Positions 33,474 to 39,701 of a DNA stretch of 39,701 nucleotides are shown here, piece after piece; the stretch's first letter is position 1; each line of letters starts with the position of its first letter. A program made the position numbers and the translations under genes. The stretch covers positions 13,792-53,492 of the forward strand of contig MHUY01000016.1 in assembly GCA_001825115.1 (NCBI GenBank). Reading direction: 5' to 3'. The notes below the pieces were generated by a model. It was not told the DNA's origin and did not search any database. It saw only the letters and a list, made by a program, of their open reading frames with translations. This DNA is from Candidatus Yonathbacteria bacterium RIFOXYC2_FULL_47_9. Its GTDB lineage: Bacteria; Patescibacteriota; Minisyncoccia; Phycocordibacterales; UBA1550.

Positions 33474-34600
33474 ACCGACTCCTTTCTGTCAGAACATTCA
33501 TCAAGCTCAATGAGAACCGCTGAATATCCAAACGTAGATGCAAGATATTTGATATCATGTTCGTTAAGCAATCCTGTTTTTTGAGATTTGAGTTTTATGT
33601 ACTCCCTCCTCCCTCGTACAAGACTTTGTTCGAACTTTGATACCTCTTTCGTAAGTACCTGCAGAACGGTGTTCCGAGTAGCTTCTACTGAAACCCAGTA
33701 ATTGATTGATATCACACAGAACTCCTTGAATGGCAGCGAAATCTGCTGGCAAGTTACGTACGCTTCCCGAATGATTTTTCGGAGCACATATTCTGCCGCC
33801 TTATTGCCTGGGACAAGCCCTTGAGAAACCAACAAAGTTGACGCCTTACCTAAATCAGCAAGCCGACATACTTTTGTGTAGCTATGGTTTGAAGAACATT
33901 TCTCAAGAGATTGCACAACCTGTTTCCATAAGGAATTTTCATAGTTGTTGCTACAGTGTTCAATTACCGTAACAATGCGATCAATACTTGCCCCAGAATC
34001 TGCTGCGATTTTCTCCATTGGAGAACAAAAAAGAGTGTTGCCCTGGAATTGTGTAAAAACTAAATTCCAGAGCTCAGTCAATTTCATTGTTTCTGGATTT
34101 TGCCACACAATTTCTGTTCGCAATCCGCACAGTGTTTTAGAAGGAGTAAAAGCCACATTCTCGTTATTCGAGATTGTTTCAACCCCTAACCCATCCCAAA
34201 CTTTTTGTGATACATCATCTTGCGGATGAACCGTTGCTAAAAGGTTGCGCGAATTTATCCCCGCGCAATCAGTTAAAAATTGCCAAGCACTTTCAATCAT
34301 CAAGCTCTTTACCGCCTGCTCGTCATTTTCGTAAAGTGAAAAATGGCCAAGCATGTCGAACGCAAGATGATGTCTTCCAGAAATACCAATCTTTTCCCAT
34401 CCATCAGTTCTCAAGCAGGTCTGAATCGAGGATATTCGTGGAACGTTCGCGGTTAACCCGCGAGCTATCGCGTCCTCGAATACAACCCCGCCTGAGATAT
34501 TAAACAGAAGTTTCTGGTTGAGACTAATGATTGGGTCACTTTCTTTCCATCGGAAACCGTAGTTTCCAAAATGGTTTTTGATATCATTTCGCAATTTCAT
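33470..34600 (-). CDS. Stand-alone AlaRS-like protein (aminoacylation plus tRNA-recognition region only; no editing or C-Ala domains)
   Basis: Block-by-block resemblance to AlaRS: GRHHLAFDMLGHFSL (RHHTFFEMLGNFSF), LTELWNLVFTQFQ (IEIWNIVFMQFN), ADSGASIDRIVTVIEHCSNNYE ([22 protein letters not shown]) and AAEYVLRKIIREA (RGYVLRRIIRRA). The ATG at 34600 gives MKLRNDIKNHFGNYGF. Confidence 0.8.
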   Translation of the reverse strand: MKLRNDIKNHFGNYGFRWKESDPIISLNQKLLFNISGGVVFEDAIARGLTANVPRISSIQTCLRTDGWEKIGISGRHHLAFDMLGHFSLYENDEQAVKSLMIESAWQFLTDCAGINSRNLLATVHPQDDVSQKVWDGLGVETISNNENVAFTPSKTLCGLRTEIVWQNPETMKLTELWNLVFTQFQGNTLFCSPMEKIAADSGASIDRIVTVIEHCSNNYENSLWKQVVQSLEKCSSNHSYTKVCRLADLGKASTLLVSQGLVPGNKAAEYVLRKIIREAYVTCQQISLPFKEFCVISINYWVSVEATRNTVLQVLTKEVSKFEQSLVRGRREYIKLKSQKTGLLNEHDIKYLASTFGYSAVLIELDECSDRKESV

Positions 34601-35823
34601 GGAGAACCTCCTTTCGCTAGATGTTTGAATACCGTCTGTCTGATGGCATAAGTGAATGTGCTCATATCTGGATGAGTGACAAGTCCATAATTTTGATCCC
34701 ACCTGACAACGTGAGCAGAAATACCCAAATTGTCTAGGATGATCTGCGCGTGTTCAGTTGTCATGCTACAAGAGGATTTTTGAGCACAGATTTGTCGCTG
34801 AGCGAGGGGGCAATGAGATGACTCACATTCCTCTCGTGCAAAGATTTGGACCGAAGTAATACTTGGTAATCCGAGCATCTTTGTTAATGCGCATGAAGAC
34901 TTGAGGTACACGGGGACTCCAGGGAAGTGCTCCTCGCTTAAAGAAAGAATGGTATCCACTAAATCTTTAGGCAAGGACTTCACATTGTCGTCACGAGGAA
35001 TGTTTGGCATAGGGAGCTTATGAATTTCCACAAGACCATTTTCTATGCCTTCAGTCCAACGTAACCCTCCGGGGACAATCATGTCAATAACGTTTCCATA
35101 ATGTTTCTTAACCCACAGCATCATCATCTCAATTCTGTCCGGATTTCCACTCCACTCTGGAACAATCGGGCGCATATACCATGCAATAATAACTCCCGCT
35201 TCCTTTGCTTCTTCGACACTAAGAAAGCGATTATTACGAACAGGCTCAATCGTGTCAGGATTATCTGCCCAACATATCGAAATCATGAGCCCGCGAGTTG
35301 CTCTGGTAATTCTTGCCAGATCGAGTTTCCTCCCTTTAGGGATTCCACCCTTAGTGACAATCCAGAAAGGGTTTTTGAATCCCCTCCTCACGAACGATTC
35401 CATAATCTCGAAAGTGCTGTCAGTCACCTGTCCTGGGGCAAATGGCTCCGTACTCGCTGTCCCAATGCTGATCACCGTTTCATCAACAATGAAAAACGGA
35501 TGCTTCACTAATTCATCAATGATCTGATCAACAGTAAAAGAATTGCGCCGCTGAGGCTTCCTCGGCATCATTCCGTGTTCGACAAGATCTTGATGCGTGC
35601 CCTGCACATGACAATATCTGCATTGCCATGCACAACCAGCCCACAAGTCTATACTCAGTGAGTTGTTGGACACACTTACCGACGAAAGAGGATGTTTGCA
35701 GTCGGGAACAAGAACTCCGTATGTATATTCACGCAAAGAGAACTCTTGCCCAGTAGTCATTCCCTTAATTTGAACGATGGGCTCCGAATTTGCAGCCGTA
35801 AAGTAGTCCCGTTTAGATTTCAT
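34597..35823 (-). CDS. Radical SAM protein, SPL/COG1533-like
   Basis: The CxxxCxxC motif sits in SIDLWAGCAWQCRYCHV, the context typical of the spore-photoproduct-lyase-like radical SAM group. The protein is 408 aa with a C-terminal Cys cluster (CESSHCPLAQRQICAQKSSC). Confidence 0.75.
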   Translation of the reverse strand: MKSKRDYFTAANSEPIVQIKGMTTGQEFSLREYTYGVLVPDCKHPLSSVSVSNNSLSIDLWAGCAWQCRYCHVQGTHQDLVEHGMMPRKPQRRNSFTVDQIIDELVKHPFFIVDETVISIGTASTEPFAPGQVTDSTFEIMESFVRRGFKNPFWIVTKGGIPKGRKLDLARITRATRGLMISICWADNPDTIEPVRNNRFLSVEEAKEAGVIIAWYMRPIVPEWSGNPDRIEMMMLWVKKHYGNVIDMIVPGGLRWTEGIENGLVEIHKLPMPNIPRDDNVKSLPKDLVDTILSLSEEHFPGVPVYLKSSCALTKMLGLPSITSVQIFAREECESSHCPLAQRQICAQKSSCSMTTEHAQIILDNLGISAHVVRWDQNYGLVTHPDMSTFTYAIRQTVFKHLAKGGSP

Positions 35824-36569
35824 ATGGCTGCTCCTTTCAAGTAGTTGATATTCTGAACTATTTGGTCTGTAGTTGTCATGCCGACAACTACAGATGTTTC
35901 TAGTTTCAGAGTACGCGTTAAGATTTCCATCGCCGATACGTCAGCTTGTCGTTCGTCGCTCATCAAAATCTTTCCTTGCAGAAAGAGACTTCTGAGTAAT
36001 ACTTCCTTCCCTAACCTCTTTAGCTGTGGGAGCTGATAAACTATCCACTGCTCGTGAAGATTGTACGGTGCTTCAATTACATCAATATGTTCAAGAACAC
36101 TTTCATCAATGTAATCAGAAAAACCATTGGGAAGAGAGATGCCAACTTTCCTAACGACACCAATTTCTTTTAGCTCATTTAGGGCTTTAAGAATATGGGT
36201 AGCATTTTTTTGCCATAATGGTATCCAGTTGTGTAGCAATAAGATATCAATCGAATTTCGCCCGAGCCTACTTAAAGACTGCTCTGCGCTTCGATGAATG
36301 TTGTCACGTGAGTAACATTTATCGATAGGCATTTTGGTGTCGGGCTTCAAGATTGCAGGGATCTTTGTGAGGATCACCGCTTCTTGCGACAGACATGCTC
36401 CGAGTATTTTCTCGACATTTCCTTGCCCATAGACTGCTGCTGTGTCAAACTTGTAGATTCCGTGAGATAGTGCGAGCTGAATCAAATTCTCAATCTGTGT
36501 ATTCGTAAGATCTTTGAACTGCCCAGATAATTGCCATGTGCCAAAATAGAGGCGATCGTTCCATTTCAT
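35820..36569 (-). CDS. Aldo/keto reductase family protein (short form)
   Basis: FGTWQLSG...FDTAAVYGQGNVEKILG carries the Asp and Tyr of the tetrad. LTKIP carries the Lys and IDILLLHNW the His. AAGGAGG lies 7 nt upstream of the ATG. Confidence 0.85.
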   Translation of the reverse strand: MKWNDRLYFGTWQLSGQFKDLTNTQIENLIQLALSHGIYKFDTAAVYGQGNVEKILGACLSQEAVILTKIPAILKPDTKMPIDKCYSRDNIHRSAEQSLSRLGRNSIDILLLHNWIPLWQKNATHILKALNELKEIGVVRKVGISLPNGFSDYIDESVLEHIDVIEAPYNLHEQWIVYQLPQLKRLGKEVLLRSLFLQGKILMSDERQADVSAMEILTRTLKLETSVVVGMTTTDQIVQNINYLKGAAI

Positions 36570-36733
36570 GATATTTCCTCCTTGTAATGTCTAAAGTTGT
36601 AAATGAACAAATGGTTCGTCTGCCATAAATCTACAACATACATCGCCGCTCGTCAAGCTTTGACTAAAATCGCAATGTGTATTACTGTGCAGTAAGTCTC
36701 GATCTTTAAAATCTACGATAAGGAGTATATGAA

Positions 36734-37657
36734 ATGAAAATTATTGCCGTGAGTTCTTCTACGTATTCACAAATTGAAGCAAGTCTATGGAAAGATGACA
36801 GATTTCAGCCGGTCGGTGACCACAAGGTAAAGATAGAGCTGGATGATGGCTCAATCGTGGAAGCAGGTGTTTTTGAGGTAACGAAGGGTCACAAAAAAGA
36901 ATTTCATGCATGCATATCCACGCAGGCCGGCTGTAAATTCAAATGCTCGTTTTGTTCTTCTGGTGCTAGGGGTTTTGAGAGAGATTTATCTTGTGATGAA
37001 ATCCTCGAAGAAATTTCAATTCTGGCAAAGTTGGCAAAGATAGAATCATTTGATCGCCTGATGTATATGGGAATAGGTGAGCCGATGGATAATTTTGACA
37101 ATGTTGTTGGAAGCATACAACAACTTCTTGAAATTAATCCCGCGTATGTTGGCAGAATTTCTTTAGCAACAATTGGTATACTGCCAAAGTTGCATAAATT
37201 AGCATTGCTCAAGCTTCCCTTAAGAAGGATCTGGGTGTCTCTGCATGCAGCCTCTGACGAAAAAAGGTTGCAGATTATGCCCATCAGCAAAGTATATAAA
37301 GCTAAGGAACTTGTAGTCGCAGCAAAAGCCTTTGCTGAAGTCTCTGGTACAGAAACATGGCTTAACTATATGATCTTTCAAGGCTTCAATGATTCTCTGG
37401 AAGATGCTTCGAAGTTGGTTGAGTTGCTTAAAGACACCGAAGACGATTTGTCTGTGGTAATCACTGTTCCCAATGGCGAGAGGTCTGGCTATGTTGGGGG
37501 CAGTTTGGAAGATGTGCATAGATTCCAAAATTATCTCATAGAGCTGGGAATGAAGAATCGTACAGAGCACTTTTTTTCTGTCGGACGCTCTTCAAACGCG
37601 GGCTGTGGGGAATTCGTTTTCTACCCCAGCAGTACAAAAATAGCTGTTTGTAGTTAA
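36734..37657 (+). CDS. RlmN/Cfr-family radical SAM methyl synthase, N-terminally truncated
   Basis: HACISTQAGCKFKCSFCSSGARGFERDLSCDEI aligns to [33 protein letters not shown]. Other matching blocks are MGIGEPMDNFDNVV, ISLATIGILPKL, VSLHAASDE and a C-terminal NAGCGEF (AACGQL). AAGGAG lies 8 nt upstream of the ATG. Confidence 0.85.
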   Translation: MKIIAVSSSTYSQIEASLWKDDRFQPVGDHKVKIELDDGSIVEAGVFEVTKGHKKEFHACISTQAGCKFKCSFCSSGARGFERDLSCDEILEEISILAKLAKIESFDRLMYMGIGEPMDNFDNVVGSIQQLLEINPAYVGRISLATIGILPKLHKLALLKLPLRRIWVSLHAASDEKRLQIMPISKVYKAKELVVAAKAFAEVSGTETWLNYMIFQGFNDSLEDASKLVELLKDTEDDLSVVITVPNGERSGYVGGSLEDVHRFQNYLIELGMKNRTEHFFSVGRSSNAGCGEFVFYPSSTKIAVCS

Positions 37658-37684
37658 ATAAAATTGTATATATTTTAGAACTGA

Positions 37685-37713
37685 GGGGTTCACTGTGTGG
37701 ACCCCTTTTTTTT
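37685..37713 (+). terminator. Rho-independent terminator after the RlmN/Cfr-like gene
   Basis: GGGGTTCA, a CTGTG loop, then TGGACCCC, followed by TTTTTTTT. Confidence 0.65.
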
Positions 37714-37745
37714 ATTACCTCTCTTCCTTGCTTAGTGGTTTTCTT

Positions 37746-37863
37746 CAATAATTATTTGCTGAACTTCATCCCAGGTGCGGAGCAATAAAAGAAATGGCCC
37801 TCTTCTGAGGGTCTTTTCTTTTATCTAGCTTCCGCGAGTGTGGGGACCGAACCGTAGGCTCCC
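37746..37863. repeat. tRNA-Asn 3'-half-like repeat, copy C (diverged outside the core)
   Basis: Bases 37759-37783 (CTGAACTTCATCCCAGGTGCGGAGC) are identical over 25 nt to copy B 31903-31927. A different hairpin plus T-run follows at 37796-37820. A minus-strand GGTTCGGTCCCC T-loop-like segment lies at about 37842-37855. Confidence 0.7.
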
Positions 37864-37897
37864 GATTTCTTAAGTTGTAATCAACTTGTTGAAATCG
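37863..37897. other. Two-tier hairpin in a 380-bp non-coding region
   Basis: CGATTTC/GAAATCG (7 bp) and AAGTTG/CAACTT (6 bp) stems, with a TT/GTT internal loop and a 4-nt apical loop. Confidence 0.5.
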
Positions 37898-38039
37898 CAG
37901 TGTCCTAGATTTATCATGGCCCCACCATTTTGGGAATGAGAGTAATCTCGAAGACCTACAAAATGGATGGTCTCGACCGCAAGGAGAGGCGTTCATACCA
38001 GTATGCATGTTTTTATGGAACTATTGTATTATTTAATGT

Positions 38040-38495
38040 ATGGAAATTAGAGACTATAATAAAAAGGACAAAGAAGCGGTGCAAAATATTTTTACCAAGT
38101 ACTGGACTGACGAGGAATTCTTGAGCGAGCTCTCAGAAAATATAGATAGTGGCAAGATGCATTTTTATGTTGCAGAAAAAGATGGAGAAGTGATTGGTGT
38201 TGCTGGGTTTAGAGAAGCACCAGAATACCTTCATGATTATGCGGAAACAAAAAATCCCGCAGAGTTGTATGTAGTAGCTTCTCAATTACAAAATGAAGGT
38301 ATTGGGAGCATGCTTGTACAAAAAGTAATTGATGAAGCAAAGAATTTATATTTTACAGAAATAGAATGCTATAGCCCTGAAACCCATAGTAGCTCATGGA
38401 AATTCTATGAGAAACTTGGGTTTACGAGACACGGAATTATCAAGGATCCTGACGATGGATACCCCGGAATGCTCTGGAGAAAAATTATTTTATAG
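38040..38495 (+). CDS. GNAT family N-acetyltransferase
   Basis: The protein is 151 aa. The acetyl-CoA binding motif A is LQNEGIGSMLVQKVIDEA, and FYEKLGF is present near the C-terminus. Confidence 0.85.
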   Translation: MEIRDYNKKDKEAVQNIFTKYWTDEEFLSELSENIDSGKMHFYVAEKDGEVIGVAGFREAPEYLHDYAETKNPAELYVVASQLQNEGIGSMLVQKVIDEAKNLYFTEIECYSPETHSSSWKFYEKLGFTRHGIIKDPDDGYPGMLWRKIIL

Positions 38496-38592
38496 CAACC
38501 GACTAAGGTAAATTTTTATCTCCCTTGGCGCTCGAACATCTTTAGTCCCCTCTCAGTCCCGTTCCAGCTCAAAGCACTGACCTATTTACAAA

Positions 38593-38640
38593 CGCGGAGC
38601 CAACAAGAAAAATCAGAGATATGGAATCTCCGGTTTTTTC
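38593..38640 (+). repeat. Possible fourth, partial copy of the tRNA-3'-end-plus-hairpin module (copy D)
   Basis: CGCGGAGCCAACAAGAAAAATCAGAG resembles GTGCGGAGCCAGCAAAATCACCC of copies A and B, and CCGCGGAGCA of the tRNA. A hairpin and TTTTTT follow. There is no similarity upstream of it. Confidence 0.35.
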
Positions 38641-38671
38641 TTTTTATTTTAATCCTTGATATAGTTCTTAT

Positions 38672-39118
38672 ATGAAAGACATCACCCTCCATGCCAAGTG
38701 GCTTATCAAGGCTCCTCTAACTGAGGTGTTTAACGTAATGACTGACTTTGAAAAATGGCCTGACTATTTTCCAAAAGTTGCGGAATCTATACAAGTCGTG
38801 AAGCGCGACGGAAATAATTTAGAAATGATTGCGACCGTAAAATCGTTTGGTAAAAAGTTTCCCGTAAAAATGAAATACCAAATCCTCCCAGGGAAAGGGT
38901 ACATTTCCGATAATGAAAACCCTGAATTTGGAACTTCTGGCCACGAAGAATTTTTACTCTCTGAACACCCCGAAGGAACGATAATCGATTACACGTATCA
39001 AGTTGCCATTCATCGACGCTTACTTCGCATAATTGCACGTCCACTCATTGGTTGGTTTTCCATGAAGTACTGGCAGAAAGCTGTCATAGATGAACTAAGA
39101 AAAAGACTCGAGAAATAA
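38672..39118 (+). CDS. SRPBCC (START/polyketide cyclase-like) family protein
   Basis: The protein is 148 aa. APLTEVFNVMTDFEKWPDYFP is the typical N-terminal beta-alpha signature of this fold family. Confidence 0.7.
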   Translation: MKDITLHAKWLIKAPLTEVFNVMTDFEKWPDYFPKVAESIQVVKRDGNNLEMIATVKSFGKKFPVKMKYQILPGKGYISDNENPEFGTSGHEEFLLSEHPEGTIIDYTYQVAIHRRLLRIIARPLIGWFSMKYWQKAVIDELRKRLEK

Positions 39119-39135
39119 AACCCCCATCAGAATGT

Positions 39136-39501
39136 ATGAATATCCCCAGGAAAAAATTTGTTATCCTCTTCATCATTTCTGGATTCGCTTTTCTTTTTAT
39201 CTCTACCTCGCTTTTAGGGACAACAGGGCCCCAAGGTTTTCCTCAGTCGCCCGACTCTATCCTCAGAACTGGTAGCGACTCGGGGGTAACCTGGAAGAGC
39301 GCCGCCTCCACAATTATATTACCTATCAAAATTGTTTTGATAGGACCTTTGGCTCTGCCGCAGATTAATTTTTTAAAAGAAGATCCACCACCACCTTTTA
39401 TTGGCATCTACTTTATTTTCTACTGGACTATTCTTGCCTCAATTATTCATTATTTCCTTGGGAACGTCCAAGAGTCTACGGCCGAGCCGCGAATCTACTG
39501 A
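39136..39501 (+). CDS. Hypothetical membrane protein
   Basis: The protein is 121 aa with an N-terminal TM helix and two further hydrophobic segments. No motif was recognised. Confidence 0.45.
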   Translation: MNIPRKKFVILFIISGFAFLFISTSLLGTTGPQGFPQSPDSILRTGSDSGVTWKSAASTIILPIKIVLIGPLALPQINFLKEDPPPPFIGIYFIFYWTILASIIHYFLGNVQESTAEPRIY

Positions 39502-39542
39502 TTCGGAACCAGCTGATTCGAAAACGCTCTTAGGCATATTTG

Positions 39543-39701
39543 CTACTGAGCAGCAGATGGGGCTATGAACGTTACTACTTCTGAAGCGAACGAAGCCTGG
39601 TCCTCTGTTTGGCTGGCATTATGTGAGCGGCCGTATATCCAAACAGAATATTCTTTGTTGGGAATTAACGCAGCACTGTCATACACTTTAGAAATTTCAG
39701 G
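39543..39701 (-). CDS. 3' end of an unidentified ORF entering from the right edge
   Basis: My translation of the minus strand from 39701 gives 52 codons without a stop (PEISKVYDSAALIPNKEYSVWIYGRSHNASQ...APSAAQ), ending at TAG 39543-39545. It is not in the ORF track because there is no start in the window. Confidence 0.25.
   Translation of the reverse strand, partial: PEISKVYDSAALIPNKEYSVWIYGRSHNASQTEDQASFASEVVTFIAPSAAQ

Noticed and set aside
33032-33558. Several 60-80-aa ORFs lie on both strands inside the 260-aa gene and at the AlaRS-like gene boundary.
   Set aside because: All are nested in or antisense to the tightly coupled operon ORFs, which have SD sequences and ATGA overlaps.
37766-38008. 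An 80-aa minus-strand ORF lies in the non-coding region after the RlmN-like gene.
   Set aside because: It runs through repeat copy C and its hairpins, is Arg/Ser/Pro-rich, and has no RBS-like sequence. The region is better explained as repeat or structured DNA.
1-39701. I looked for CRISPR arrays, rRNA genes, IS elements with terminal inverted repeats, and tyrosine integrases.
   Set aside because: No regularly spaced short direct repeats were seen. No rRNA-like conserved stretches were seen. No transposase-like or tyrosine-recombinase-like (R..HxxR..Y) ORFs appear in the six-frame track.

Overview
All family calls below are hand motif recognition from the supplied translations. No searches were run.

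The window reads as a bacterial chromosome segment. The host may be a small-genome uncultivated lineage such as Patescibacteria/CPR, but that is a guess. It has two contrasting parts.

(1) Bases 1 to about 7.4 kb are GC-richer housekeeping DNA. They carry the priA 3' end, def, fmt, a DUF2207 membrane protein, a cyclophilin PPIase, hpf, a DUF167 protein and pyruvate kinase. tRNA-Asn(GTT) follows at 7357-7428.

(2) From the tRNA 3' end to about 38.6 kb the DNA is AT-richer, mosaic accessory DNA, mostly on the minus strand.
- A large serine recombinase has its stop codon inside the tRNA.
- Small unknown ORFs, a secreted trypsin-like protease, a terminase-small-subunit-like gene and an excisionase-type HTH protein follow.
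- A six-gene type I R-M operon reads fic, hsdM, DUF2130, hsdS, a coiled-coil/2-TM protein, hsdR.
- Next come a GmrSD-like type IV restriction gene with a TPR partner, SppA, a peptidase-MA-like protein, a NYN protein and an S51 peptidase.
- The most unusual item is a translationally coupled operon: aldo/keto reductase, SPL-type radical SAM, a truncated stand-alone AlaRS-like protein and an unknown 260-aa protein. It faces a divergent N-terminally truncated RlmN/Cfr-type radical SAM methylase.
- GNAT, SRPBCC and membrane ORFs close the window.

Three clear copies and one weak copy of an intergenic palindromic repeat divide the accessory region into cassettes. The arms of this repeat resemble the 3' half of tRNA-Asn.

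No rRNA genes or CRISPR arrays were seen.
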